A DNA stretch of 59,031 nucleotides, the filler included. It is 4 parts of 4 records of this genome, joined end to end, with 100 filler letters (N's around TTAATTAATTAA, not from the genome) between each part and the next. Parts side by side here need not be neighbours in the genome. Positions count along the whole stretch, not along the records: positions 1 to 7,253 come from SRR20825019_1123; positions 7,354 to 37,453 come from SRR20825019_1125; 2 more parts are not named here. One strand, given 5' to 3'. How positions within the stretch are numbered: the stretch's first letter is position 1; each line of letters opens with the position of its first letter. Shown one piece after another: positions 1 to 10,963 of the stretch. The position numbers and the translations under genes are program-made. The notes under the pieces were generated by a model. It made no database searches. It worked only from the letters and a program-made list of their open reading frames with translations, and was not told the DNA's origin.

Positions 1-131
1 CCCCCCCCCCCCCCCCCCCCCCGGACAACGACACAAACACACGGTTTCCCACTTTCAATACCGCTGTCTCCACTGGGACTATATGTATAGGTTCAACTGA
101 AGTTACAATCGATAACTAGCTTTTCCCAGTC

Positions 132-2495
132 ATGTTGTTGGGTTCTATTTTGGCCAGTTCCTCCGTTGTGCCGTATTTTTACATCCCGGTCATCATCATT
201 GTGTTGGCGATCGTGTTGGCCCTTGTGTTCTCCGCGATTAACACATGCATTGTTGCTTCTGTCAAGCTCGGACCCGGCTCGACCGCTGGTGAGGAGCCCT
301 TGAAGTCTGATGACGGACTCGCCCCTCAGCAGGTCACCAACACCGTGTCTGAGATTACCCTCACCATCCAGGAGGGTGCTAACGCTTTCTTGTTCGCTGA
401 GTACAAGATCTTGGCCATCTTCATCGTTGGCTTCTCCATCTTCCTCTTCGCTCTTCTGTGCTGCGCTGGTGCCATGAACGACGACAAGGAAATGAAGGAC
501 AAGTTCGGCAAGGCTTTCATGTACGTTGATGCCGTGTTCTCTACCATTGCTTTCGTTATGGGTGCCACCACCTCCGTCGTGTCTGGCTTCGTCGGTATGC
601 GTATTGCCGTGTTTGCCAACGGTCGCACTGCTCTTCAGGCTGAGAAGTCCGTGGGCGCTGCCTTCGTTACCGCCTTCACCGCCGGTACCGTGATGGGTTT
701 CTCTCTTGTGGGTCTTGGTCTTCTTAACTTGTACCTCCTCATCTCTGTCTTCATGTCCTACTACAACGACTTCAATGACGCCGCCATGATGCAGCGTCTC
801 TATGAGGCTGTTGCTTCCTACGGTCTCGGTGGCTCTTCCATTGCTCTTTTCGGCCGTGTTGGTGGCGGTATCTACACCAAGGCTGCTGATGTTGGTGCTG
901 ATCTCGTCGGTAAGGTCGAGGCCGGTATTCCCGAGGATGATCCCCGTAACCCCGCCACCATCGCTGACAACGTCGGTGACAACGTCGGTGATATCGCCGG
1001 TATGGGTGCTGATCTTTTCGGCTCCTTCGCTGAGGCTACCTGTGCCGCTCTTGTCATCTCTGGCTCCGAGGAGTCCCACATCGGTACTAACTACAACGCC
1101 ATGATGTTCCCTCTCTTGATCCACGCTTCTGGTATCTTCACCTGCTTCTTTACCTCCTTCTTGGCTACCCACATCATGCCCGTGAAGACCATCAAGGACA
1201 TCGAGCCCCGTCTCAAGCAGCAGCTCGCTGTCTCTACTATCCTCGAGACCCCCGTCATCTTCTTGTTCGCCTGGATGTTCTTCCCCGCTGGCAACTTTGT
1301 GCTCCCAGGTATTTTTGCAGTATTATTGTTATTGTTTCCATCCGCTTACCCCCCCCCCCTTTTTTTTTTAGGAGTCGCTAAGGTCACTTTCTGGAAGGTC
1401 GGTCTCTGCATCGCCTCCGGTCTCTGGGCCGGTCTTGCCATCGGATACATCACCGAGTTCTACACTTCCCACTCTTACGGCCCCGTCAAGGAGGTTGCCA
1501 ACTCTTGCGAGACTGGTGCTGCCACCAACATCATCTATGGTCTTGCTCTCGGCTACCTTTCCGTGATCATCCCTTCCATTGCTCTTGCCATCGCTATCTT
1601 CGTTGGCCACAAGTGTGCCGGTATGTACGGTATCGCTATGTGCGCTCTCGGTATGCTCTCCACCATGACCATCGGTCTCACCATTGATGCCTACGGTCCT
1701 ATTTCTGACAACGCTGGTGGTATCGCCGAGATGGCCGGCCTTGGTGATGAGGTCCGTGAGAAGACTGATGCCCTTGATGCCGCTGGCAACACCACTGCTG
1801 CCATTGGTAAGGGTTTCGCCATCGGCTCTGCTGCCCTTGTGTCCCTTGCTCTCTTCGGTGCCTTCGTCACCCGCGCCATGCCCAACAACTCGAACATCAA
1901 CGTCCTCGATGCCACTGTTTTCAGCGGTCTCCTCATCGGTGCTATGCTTCCCTATGCCTTCTCTGCCATGACCATGAAGTCTGTCGGTAAGGCCGCCATG
2001 GCTATGGTCGAGGAGGTGCGCCGTCAGTTCCGCACCATCCCCGGTATTATGGAGGGCACTGGCCGTCCCGACTACAAGCGTTGCGTCGCTATTTCCACCA
2101 CTGCCTCCCTCCGTGAGATGATCCTCCCCGGTGTGTTGGTCATGGGATCTCCCTTCGTCGTCGGCTTCCTCTTCGGCATCAAGTGCCTTTCTGGTCTTCT
2201 TGCTGGTGGCCTCGTCTCTGGTGTCCAGATGGCCATCTCCTCCTCCAACACTGGTGGCGCCTGGGATAACGCCAAGAAGTACATTGAGCAGGGCAACCAC
2301 GGTGGCAAGGGCTCCGAGCCCCACAAGGCTGCTGTTGTGGGTGACACCGTCGGAGATCCTCTTAAGGACACTTCTGGCCCCGCCCTTAACATCCTCATGA
2401 AGCTCATGGCTATCCTCTCCCTCGTCCTTGCTCCCTTCTTCAAGGAGTTCGAGGGTGGTGTGATCCAGGAGATCTACAACAAGATCAAGAATTAA
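132..2495 (+). CDS. Vacuolar-type H+-translocating inorganic pyrophosphatase (K+-dependent, AVP1-like); one in-frame intron at 1309-1371
   Basis: Motifs [87 protein letters not shown] has Ala at the K+-dependence position; many TM helices. Confidence 0.97.
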   Translation: MLLGSILASSSVVPYFYIPVIIIVLAIVLALVFSAINTCIVASVKLGPGSTAGEEPLKSDDGLAPQQVTNTVSEITLTIQEGANAFLFAEYKILAIFIVGFSIFLFALLCCAGAMNDDKEMKDKFGKAFMYVDAVFSTIAFVMGATTSVVSGFVGMRIAVFANGRTALQAEKSVGAAFVTAFTAGTVMGFSLVGLGLLNLYLLISVFMSYYNDFNDAAMMQRLYEAVASYGLGGSSIALFGRVGGGIYTKAADVGADLVGKVEAGIPEDDPRNPATIADNVGDNVGDIAGMGADLFGSFAEATCAALVISGSEESHIGTNYNAMMFPLLIHASGIFTCFFTSFLATHIMPVKTIKDIEPRLKQQLAVSTILETPVIFLFAWMFFPAGNFVLPGIFAVLLLLFPSAYPPPLFFLGVAKVTFWKVGLCIASGLWAGLAIGYITEFYTSHSYGPVKEVANSCETGAATNIIYGLALGYLSVIIPSIALAIAIFVGHKCAGMYGIAMCALGMLSTMTIGLTIDAYGPISDNAGGIAEMAGLGDEVREKTDALDAAGNTTAAIGKGFAIGSAALVSLALFGAFVTRAMPNNSNINVLDATVFSGLLIGAMLPYAFSAMTMKSVGKAAMAMVEEVRRQFRTIPGIMEGTGRPDYKRCVAISTTASLREMILPGVLVMGSPFVVGFLFGIKCLSGLLAGGLVSGVQMAISSSNTGGAWDNAKKYIEQGNHGGKGSEPHKAAVVGDTVGDPLKDTSGPALNILMKLMAILSLVLAPFFKEFEGGVIQEIYNKIKN
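1309..1371 (+). other. 63-nt spliceosomal intron (in frame, no stop, so read through by the ORF track)
   Basis: CCAG|GTATTT...poly-C/poly-T tract...TTTAG|GAGTC; composition abruptly differs from the flanking coding sequence; splicing gives ...VLPGVAKV... Confidence 0.85.
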
Positions 2496-3254
2496 ATTAT
2501 CACCATTTGGTTTCTGAACAATACACAAAATGCCTATTTTTATATTTCTTTAATCGATCATCGTTCATTATTCCCAGATTTCATGGTTAAGGCCGCCAAT
2601 TTTTCCCGCCATTGTTGGACCGGGACGACTGACCTAAGAACGACATTGGATCGACCGACGTCACTCCTCGGTCTCATCAACACGTGATAGTCATCTCACA
2701 ACAACCGGGACCGCCCGTCAGTTCCGGTCGCCCCCCCCGCCCAGGCCGTCAGCGCCCCCGCCGGGAAGGGGCTCGGCCAGGCGCCCCCCCCACTCCTCAG
2801 TGACGATGGCGTTGACTGAGTCGGTGACGGTGAGGGACGGTCACGTGCGGGGTGGCTCGTCTGCTGGCCGGGTCATACTAACCGATCTGAACCTCCGCCG
2901 CGCCGTGCCGAAGACTGAACTGAAACCCGAACCACGCGCCAAACAATCGTGCGTGGTCGTGGGGCATGGGGGCAGTTCATTGTTTCCGAAATGACACCCT
3001 CCCACACGGGTGTTGTCCTTGATGGTTGGCGACAGCATCATGTCATCAAAGTTCCTGGCGGCGTCCTATTGTTGCTTTAGTCAGCATCTGCTGTAGCCAT
3101 TGCGCCCCCAGCTCCTTCAACGTGGTTCAGAACTTGCAAAGGGCGAGTACCAAGGTAACGAGGACATGTTGGCAGCCTCTCTCCTGAAGGACGCTCTTCT
3201 TTCCATTTATTTATGTGCTTGTGTCGTTTCCAGTGAGGTGAACCACAAGCCATC

Positions 3255-4891
3255 ATGGCAGGTAGGCAACTTTTGATATCGATTTTTTTAGATACTAACT
3301 GGCTGTCGACTAGAAGGTAAATATGACTATGACCTGGTGGTCATAGGAGGCGGCTCAGGTGGCTTGGCCTGTGCCAAGGAGGCTGGCTCCTTGGGTAAGA
3401 AGGTGGCGTGCCTGGACTTTGTCACCCCTAGTCCTGCTGGCACCACTTGGGGCCTCGGTGGAACCTGCGTTAACGTTGGTTGCATCCCAAAGAAGCTCTA
3501 CCACACAGCAGCGATTCATGGAGAGAACTTGCACGATGCCAAGTCCTTTGGTTGGCAGCTCCAGGACAAGACCGAATTTAGTTGGGAGGCCTTTGTCCAA
3601 GAGGTTATCGGCCATATCAAGGGCCTTAATTTTGGCTACAGGACTGCGCTCAGGCAGAAGGATGTAAAGTACATCAATGCCTTCGGCACCTTTATCGACG
3701 CACACACCATTGAGTGCACTGATAAGAAGGGAAAGAAGGTGCGGCACCGCATTGTGGATCACGCTTTCTCATTCGACTTATCTTCCACCGCAGACTCAGA
3801 TCACCACTGAAAACGTTGTTATTGCCGTCGGCGGCCGTCCCAAATACCTTGATATTCCGGGCTCAAAGGAATTCTCGATTTCAAGTGACGATATATTCTT
3901 TCAAAAGAAGGCGCCTGGAAAGACTCTTTGTGTGGGCGCATCATACGTCTCGCTGGAGTGTGCCGGTTTCTTGACTGGCCTTGGCTACGATACTACCGTC
4001 ATGATTCGTTCTATTCCTCTTCGCGGCTTTGACCAGCAGATGGCCGGTCGCATTGTGGAGTACATGGAAAATCACGGCACGAAGTTCATCAAGAAGGCTG
4101 TTCCCACGAAGATCGAGAAGAATGCGGAGGGCCGCCTCGAGGTGACATTCACCGGTCCCGATGGTGAGAGCAAGGATGTTTTCGACACCGTTATTCAGGC
4201 TGTCGGTCGTGACCCCGTGACCTCTGGCCTCTGCCTGGACAAGGCCGGTGTCACTGTGAAGGAGAATGGTCGTATTCCTGTCAAGAATGAGGTCACTAAC
4301 GTTCCTAATATCTACGCTCTCGGAGACTGTGTGGAGATCGAAGGATTCGGGTTCCTGGAGTTGACGCCGGTGGCTATCCAGAGCGGTGTACTGGTTGCAA
4401 AGCGCATGTTTACTGGTGCGCCCGCTCCCGTGGATTATCGCTATGGTAGGACGTCTTGAACAAGCATTTTTTTTTTGTAGGACTAACCCGTTCACGTAGT
4501 GCCGACCACCGTGTTTACCCCATTGGAGTATGGCGCGATTGGTATGGCGGAGGAAGACGCCATCACCAAGCACGGGGAGGACTCAATCGAGGTGTACCAC
4601 AGTGAGTACACCCCCTTGGAGTGGACTATTCCCCACCGCGAGGAGGGCGCCTGCTATATGAAGGTCATCTGCAACAAGAAGGACAATGAGCGTATCCTGG
4701 GCATGCATGTTCTGGGCCCTAACGCCGGCGAGCAGATCCAGGGCTTCACCCTTGGAATTAAGCTTGGAGCTACTTTCGATGATCTGACCAACATGATAGG
4801 TATCCACCCAACCTGTGCCGAGTCGTTTACGACGTTGAGGATTACCAAGGCAAGCGGCGAGTCCGCTGCCGCCACTGGCTGCTGAGGATAA
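3255..4891 (+). CDS. TXNRD: High-molecular-weight (animal-type) thioredoxin reductase, selenoprotein with C-terminal GCUG; exons 3255-3261, 3314-3738, 3794-4445, 4500-4891
   Basis: Spliced start [19 protein letters not shown]; redox motif [38 protein letters not shown]; 3' end GGC TGC TGA GGA TAA (4877-4891); GT..AG introns 3262-3313, 3739-3793, 4446-4499 restore the frame. Confidence 0.95.
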
Positions 4892-5037
4892 TTTTCCCGC
4901 CGCTGCGGGGGGAAGGGCATTCCGACAACACATTTTGCGGAGTGATGACCATCCCCTAGTGCAGACGGCGGATAGCTCCGGCTCTTGCCGCGAGCGTCCT
5001 CGTTCGTGTTTATAGTGCGTACCGCACCCTGAAGGAA

Positions 5038-5100
5038 TGTGAGGCCGAATGAAGGTGCTGTTGAAAAGCTTTTGCCAACAGCAGCCTGAGAGGCACTCGC
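5038..5100 (+). promoter_or_regulatory. Eukaryotic SECIS element in the TrxR 3' UTR
   Basis: ATGA (5049-5052) / TGAG (5087-5090) core; helix II GGTGCTGTTG pairs with CAACAGCAGCC; unpaired AAAA (5064-5067) 11 nt above the core; lower helix GTGAGGCC / GGCACTCGC; AATAAA at 5104-5109. Confidence 0.9.
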
Positions 5101-5257
5101 ACGAATAAACACTTTGCTTTGTATTCAATTTACGTAGGAACGAGCATGACTAGAGTTGTGAAGGTTCGAATTCGCTCTACCACTCAGTACACTGCTAACC
5201 AATAAACGCATCACTTAAGGCCTGATTGTTACCAAGATGTCACTCTCGCTTATAACT

Positions 5258-6758
5258 TCACGGGGCACCATTCTTGTAACGGGCGGCTAATTCTTTGAAG
5301 CGCTGGATGCACTGCTTCTTCGTCTTGGTTCCCACATGGTTGCCGATGCTGGTCCATCTACACAAAAAGAGCCGAATGAGAGTCTAGAATCCGACACATC
5401 CCAGGTACAAAGCACACCTCTCGGGCGCCGTGGTTGGATATTTAACCAACGCTTCTTCCAACAACTTCTGCTCTTCAATAGTCCACGCCGCTGATTCGGT
5501 GGCCTCGGGTGGTATGGCTGACTCATTGACGTTGTTCGCTGGAATCGGACGGCGCTTCACTGCACCAGGTCCTGGTGCCGACGAGACAGTGGCGGGCCCG
5601 GCAGCAAACTGCTTCTGCTCCTTGACTTTCTTGGCAACCTCCTTTGGCGAACGAGTGCCAATGAACTCGGATATCTTATCCCAACGATCCTGAACGCCAC
5701 CGGGATAGCGTACGATGGCCTTGGCCAGGCGAGACATCTCGTCATCAAGCCACTCCAAGCCATCTCTCAGCTCTATTTTTAGTGCGCGGTCAGCAATCAG
5801 GAACACTTCAAGAATCCATCATTAAAACTAACCAACACTTTGCTTCACATCAACAGCCGGGGTAGGCAACACAACTTCAGGTCTTTCTTCCGGAGTAACC
5901 TCTGCAAACTCCAGCTCCGGCTCTTCCAGTCGTTCTGCTGAAACATCCACTGTCAGGCCGAAAATACCCCCCGGTGGTAAGCACTAGCAGACCTCGCGGC
6001 TTCTTTGGGACGGCGGGAGCCTCTTTTGCAATAGCTTCGGCTTTCTTCTTCTTTTTCTCTTCGGCCTCAAGCCTCTCATTAATGGTAGGAGGGCGGCGGC
6101 GGGCCTGCATATCGTCAAATTAATCCAAAATCTGCAACATGAAAACATGTGCATACTTTGAAATAGTCACGGCTCATTACGGCAAGCTTTGGACCCAAGA
6201 GCATGGACAGCAGAATGAACATTCCCCCGTAGAACAGAACACCCCATGATGCCCTAATTCGAGAGAGATCAGACGGCGTGGTCACGCATCAGCGAATCAC
6301 GATCATACTCTTCTCTTAAGTAGTGCTCCAAGCGCTCCAGCGAATATCCCACCTCCTCATTCCAGTCGTAATCCCAATAGTCGTCCATGGCCTCCACCAC
6401 GGGGCGCTCTTTCGTCGCACTCCGGAGTCGGTCATACGCGCCCCTTTTGTTTGCATCACTCAAAGTCTCATACGCTGTCTGCCATTAATTAACTGCTAGA
6501 CAAGATTCATAGGATCAGGTTACCTGTTGACACTTTCATATATATCTTTTCTGCCACCTCCTTTTTTTCTTCGGGCCACTCAGAGTGGGAGTCTGGGTGA
6601 TAGAGTTTTGTGAGCCTGCGATAGTTCCGCTTAACTGAGCTCAGTTGTGCGTCTTGTTCAACGTTTAAGATGTCGTAATATGAGCGCAGCTTAGGCTGTG
6701 ACTCAGCTGCTGCAGCTGCTACCAGTGCCACCACCACAAGGCATAGCAGCACTTTCAT
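5258..6758 (-). CDS. DNAJC1/MTJ1-like ER co-chaperone (signal peptide, J domain, TM, two SANT/Myb domains), multi-exon; internal exon borders approximate
   Basis: MKVLLCLVVVALVAAAAA signal; YYDILNV...YRRLTKLYHPD; hydrophobic WGVLFYGGMFILLSMLLG; WLDDEMSRLAKAIVRYPGG..DRWDKIS; WTIEEQKLLEEALVKYP..ER|WTSIGNHVGTKTKKQCIQRFKEL ending in TGA at 5258. Confidence 0.85.
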
Positions 6759-7253
6759 ATCCGATACCTTGTGTACAACCCAAACGCTGACCAGACTGAG
6801 CAAGTCTCTGAGCCCATACTTAAAGTGTGGTCAGGAGCCCGGCGCGGGCCGCCGCGCCATTGTGCAACCCCGCCCGCACCCGGGTCCCCACCCGCAGCAC
6901 CGGCACAGTCACTGTGGTGTCGCCGCCGCGGGAGGCCGCGGCAGGTGGTCCCGGTGGCCGCGGCCGCCCGCCGTGACCGGCACCGGGGCCGGGGCCTGCC
7001 TTTGAAGCCGGGGCCGCCGGGCGGCCGCCGGCGGGCGGCCGCCGCGGCGCGGCCCCCCCGCGGCCGCGGAGCGGCCCGGCCCGCCGCGTGGCACGGAAGG
7101 CCGGGTGGCCGTTTGTTCCTCAAATGTTCCCGGGCCTGCCGGCCGTACCGCACCGCAAACGGATTGCCGCCTTGCAGTCGTGTCAGTATTCGTCTACAGT
7201 GTACCGGCGGTGGTCGACCTGTGCGGCGGTGATTTCAGTGTCAACACTGAGTG

Positions 7254-7353
7254 NNNNNNNNNNNNNNNNNNNNNNNNNNNNNNNNNNNNNNNNNNNNTTA
7301 ATTAATTAANNNNNNNNNNNNNNNNNNNNNNNNNNNNNNNNNNNNNNNNNNNN
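7254..7353. other. Artificial contig spacer (N44-TTAATTAATTAA-N44)
   Basis: Six-frame stop linker flanked by Ns; eukaryotic DNA on the left, bacterial on the right. Confidence 0.98.
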
Positions 7354-7678
7354 CCAATTGTCCTGGTGACCTGGGAATTCGCAGGATTATACCGCAAGGG
7401 GGGAGAAGAGCCGCCCACCGCATCAGGAGCAAACTGTCCGGTTTCCGTGCAACCGCCCTGGATCGCGGACGGGTGAATAATTTTCAGGTCAACCCGCTCA
7501 CCAACATTGTCAACTGGATGTCCGACCTGTGGCTGGGCAGCGTCCCGGCTCCGCCCTCCGGTCAATTTCGCTGGGTGTCGTCATCAGCCAAGCTTTCCAA
7601 CGGGCCGAGATCCCGGCAAACTATCGCTACCCAGAGCGCACACATGATGATATTCGGCGACCAGCAAAGGTGGTGACC

Positions 7679-9481
7679 ATGACGCCGAATACCGAACCCA
7701 ACGCCAAATCCCCGATCGCCGCCATACATCCGGCCCTTGCCTCCGCCCTTGCGGCGAAAGGCTACAGCGCGCTGACGCCGGTTCAGATGGCGATGACGAA
7801 TGAAGATCACGGTGACGCCGATCTGCTGGTCTCGGCGCAGACCGGCTCGGGAAAGACGGTCGCCTTCGGCATCGCAATCGCGCCGACGCTGCTTGGAAGC
7901 GGCGCGCGTTTCGACGCCGCCGCCGCGCCGCTCGGCCTGGTCATCGCGCCAACGCGCGAACTTGCGATTCAGGTCCAAAGGGAGCTCGATTGGCTCTACG
8001 CGGCAGCTGCGGTCAGGATCGCAACCTGCGTCGGCGGCATGGACATGCGCAACGAACGCCGTGCGCTCGCCCGCGGCGCACATCTCGTCGTCGGCACGCC
8101 CGGACGCCTGCGCGATCATATCACGCGGGGCGCGCTGGACCTCGGCGCCGTTCGCGCGGTGGTTCTCGACGAAGCCGACGAGATGCTGGATCTCGGTTTT
8201 CGCGACGACCTGGAATTCATCCTCGGCGCCGCGCCCAAGGAACGCCGCACGCTGCTGTTTTCGGCGACCGTGCGTCGCGGCATCGCCGAGCTCGCCAGGA
8301 CCGTGCAGAACAACGCGGTGCGCATCGAGACGTCCGCGTCCACCGAGCAGCATGCCGACATCGAATACCAGTTGATGCTGGTGCGGCGCGACGAGCGCGA
8401 ACACGCCATCATCAATGCGCTGCTCGATTCCGACAGCGCAAGCGCCCTGGTGTTCTGCCATACACGTGAGGCGGTTCGCCATCTCACCGCGCGGCTTGCA
8501 AATCGTGGCTTCGCGGTGGTTTCGCTTTCGGGTGAGATGGCGCAATCGGAGCGATCGAATGCGCTGCAATCGATGCGCGACGGACGCGCGCGCGTCTGCG
8601 TGGCGACCGATGTCGCGGCGCGCGGCATCGACCTTCCAAACCTCGACCTCGTGGTCCACGCCGACGTGCCAAGCAACCCGGAGACGCTGCTGCATCGCTC
8701 CGGCCGGACCGGCCGCGCCGGTCGAAAGGGCGTCTGCGTGCTCATCGTTCCGGAACACAGGCGAGGCGCTGCTCAGCGCGTGCTTGCATTGGCAAAGCTG
8801 ACGGCGACCGTCCGCGCGGCGCCCGGCATTGCCGATATCGAGGCGCGCTACCGCCGGCGCATCATCGATGCCGCCGCCTCTGCCGCTGAGCCCGACGGAG
8901 CGGAGGCGGAATTCGTGGCCGAACTGCTGGACCGCGCGGGACCTGAGCGCATTGCAGCGGCGTTCCTGCGCCAGCAACTGGCCGCCCACCCCGTTCCCGA
9001 GGAACTCTTGCCGCTTGCCACTGAGGCGCTCGAGAACAAGAGGTCCGCTCGCGACCGCCGGTCCGCAGACAATCCCGCGTCGGTTCGCGAGCCGCGCGGC
9101 CCGGACATGCAGGACGGCGTATGGTTCACCATCTCGCTCGGACGCAAGCAGCGCGCCGATCCGAAATTCCTGCTGCCGATGATCTGCAACGCCGGCGGCG
9201 TGACGAGACGCGATGTCGGCGCGATCAGGATCGACGACACCGAAACCCGTTTCGAAATCTCCGCCGACAAGGCCGCCGGTTATGCGCAACAGATCAGGCA
9301 GCCCGGCAGCCTCGAGAGAGGCATCATCATCGCGCCGGCCGGTGAGATGCGCGAAAAACCGAGACAAGCGAAACCGAAATTCAAGCAGGACGGCAAGCCG
9401 AGCCGCAAACACCAGGCCCCGTCGGCCGATCGCGGCAAAACGCCGAAACACAAGAACCGCAAACGGAAGCGTCCTGCCTGA
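7679..9481 (+). CDS. deaD: DEAD-box RNA helicase with C-terminal DbpA-type RNA-binding domain
   Basis: AQTGSGKT, PTRELA, TPGRL, DEADEML, FSAT, ATDVAARGID, HRSGRTGRAG; C-terminal WFTISLGRKQRADPKFLLPMIC; start placed at MTPNTEP. Confidence 0.92.
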   Translation: MTPNTEPNAKSPIAAIHPALASALAAKGYSALTPVQMAMTNEDHGDADLLVSAQTGSGKTVAFGIAIAPTLLGSGARFDAAAAPLGLVIAPTRELAIQVQRELDWLYAAAAVRIATCVGGMDMRNERRALARGAHLVVGTPGRLRDHITRGALDLGAVRAVVLDEADEMLDLGFRDDLEFILGAAPKERRTLLFSATVRRGIAELARTVQNNAVRIETSASTEQHADIEYQLMLVRRDEREHAIINALLDSDSASALVFCHTREAVRHLTARLANRGFAVVSLSGEMAQSERSNALQSMRDGRARVCVATDVAARGIDLPNLDLVVHADVPSNPETLLHRSGRTGRAGRKGVCVLIVPEHRRGAAQRVLALAKLTATVRAAPGIADIEARYRRRIIDAAASAAEPDGAEAEFVAELLDRAGPERIAAAFLRQQLAAHPVPEELLPLATEALENKRSARDRRSADNPASVREPRGPDMQDGVWFTISLGRKQRADPKFLLPMICNAGGVTRRDVGAIRIDDTETRFEISADKAAGYAQQIRQPGSLERGIIIAPAGEMREKPRQAKPKFKQDGKPSRKHQAPSADRGKTPKHKNRKRKRPA

Positions 9482-9817
9482 TCGGGGCGCCTCAGTCCTG
9501 CACGGCCTGAATGACTGCTTTCGGGAGCCACTCGCGGCAGATCGAACGACCGGCTTGTGGGGGCGCCTTGCTGACCGACCGAAAGGGGCCGGAAGCGTGT
9601 TGGCAGGCTCAAGGTGCTGACGGCCGAAGCGGAGAATGCCCTCGGCGACCACCGTCGATTGCTGACGTTCGGCTTGCGGTTTGTCGGCGGCCAGCATCGG
9701 GCCGACAACAGGTGACCTGCTTTCCGACAGAGTCCCCGGATGACAGCATCATCCCATCGCCGTCGCTGCAGATGGTCCCAGAGGTCGGTGCTTTCTTGCC
9801 TTGATTGCCGCCGCCCA

Positions 9818-9920
9818 TAGAGCATTTCGCAGTCAGGTGGAATCGCCTGACATCCGCGAAAATGCGTCAAACAAGTAGATAGAGCATTTCTGGTGATCCC
9901 GTTTTCACCGGAAACTCTAG
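9818..9920. repeat. Rhizobiales intergenic palindromic repeat (RIME/Bru-RS-like, ~100 bp) overlapping the LacI stop codon
   Basis: TAGAGCATTTC occurs twice; internal hairpins GTCAGG..CCTGAC and CTGGTGA..TCACCGG; ends CTCTAG. Confidence 0.7.
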
Positions 9921-10945
9921 CCTGAAACACGCTCGATCAGAGGGCACTCAACCTTGAGCTGGTCATGCGTGCTGGTCAGTCCGCCCGTGATGTCGTCCAG
10001 CAGTTCGACTGCCATCGTACCCATAGCAAGCATCGGGAGATGGAAGGTCGTGAGCGGCGGCCGGGTGAACTGCGCGATATCGCGGTTGTCGAAGCCGACG
10101 ACGGCGACATCGTCCGGGATAGACTTTCCGAGTTCCTTGAGCGCTTCCAGACAGCCGATCGCCATCAGGTCATTGGCGCAGAAAATGCCGTCGGGCGGGT
10201 CGGGAAGCATCATCAACTCGCGGGTCTTTTCATAGCCGGACGAAGGCTCCCAGTTGCCGTAATGAACCAGCTTCGGGTCATAGGCGAGATCGTTGCTCGC
10301 AAGCGCCTGCTTGTAGCCGCGCAGGCGGTCGCGGGGGTTGTCCAGTCCCTCCTGGCCATTGATGAGCGCGATGCGCTTGCGGCCCCCTGCGATAAGCCGT
10401 TCGGTCGCCGCACGCCCTCCCGCCACGTCGCCGGGCACGATCGAGGGCAGCCTGCGTTGCTGGTCGTAGCAGTTGACCAGCACGGACGGGGTAGCGAGAA
10501 GCGCCTGCGGCGGGTCGATCTTCCGGGTCAGGATCGTGCCGAAGATGTATCCGACCAGCGTCTGGCTTTCGCAGACGGAGAACACCCCTTCATCAGGGTC
10601 CTCGCCCTTGCGAAATACTCCGAGCGTGACGATGATTCCAAGCTCGAGGGCCTTTTCACGTGCGCCCTCGAAGGCAAGCGCCATCCAGGGGTCGGTCGTC
10701 AACTCGTCGACGAGAAAGACGATGACCTTGGTGGCCGCGTGGCTGACCGTTGCCGATTTGTTGGACAGGCGATAGCCCAGCACTTCTGCGGCATCGAACA
10801 CCTTCTTGCGCGTCGCTTCGCTGAAGCGGGCGCCGGAACTGCCATTGAGAATGAGGGATACTGTGGCCTGAGAGACGCCCGCGCGCGCCGCGACATCCAT
10901 CATTGTCGGTTTCAATGCATTCTCCATGACGATCGGCGCGCTCAC
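9917..10945 (-). CDS. LacI-family transcriptional regulator
   Basis: N-terminal PTMMDVAARAGVSQATVSLILNG HTH; GIFCANDLMAIG; VVGFDN..PPLTT. Confidence 0.95.
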   Translation of the reverse strand: MSAPIVMENALKPTMMDVAARAGVSQATVSLILNGSSGARFSEATRKKVFDAAEVLGYRLSNKSATVSHAATKVIVFLVDELTTDPWMALAFEGAREKALELGIIVTLGVFRKGEDPDEGVFSVCESQTLVGYIFGTILTRKIDPPQALLATPSVLVNCYDQQRRLPSIVPGDVAGGRAATERLIAGGRKRIALINGQEGLDNPRDRLRGYKQALASNDLAYDPKLVHYGNWEPSSGYEKTRELMMLPDPPDGIFCANDLMAIGCLEALKELGKSIPDDVAVVGFDNRDIAQFTRPPLTTFHLPMLAMGTMAVELLDDITGGLTSTHDQLKVECPLIERVSG

Positions 10946-10963
10946 CCGGCTTGCTTGCAGGCT

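Noticed and set aside
1-22. Poly-C run as telomere or regulatory element
   Set aside because: Homopolymer at a contig edge with no telomeric repeat unit; probably an artefact
93-2528. Long antisense ORFs (359 and 386 aa) opposite the H+-PPase
   Set aside because: Shadow frames caused by codon bias; no motifs
3022-3254. Upstream exon encoding a mitochondrial targeting peptide for TrxR (possible intron 3155-3233)
   Set aside because: The spliced frame has no ATG and meets an in-frame TGA at 3234; more likely 5' UTR
6755-7253. Arg/Pro/Gly-rich ORFs in the extremely GC-rich stretch
   Set aside because: Low-complexity GC-rich upstream DNA; translations are compositionally biased with no domains
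7354-7678. Possible IS end or gene fragment before the helicase
   Set aside because: No transposase, partner repeat or recognisable protein motif
7562-9697. 711-aa antisense ORF and similar long shadows (16863-18701, 20658-22076, 21826-23184, 29886-31256)
   Set aside because: Each lies opposite a well-supported gene in high-GC DNA
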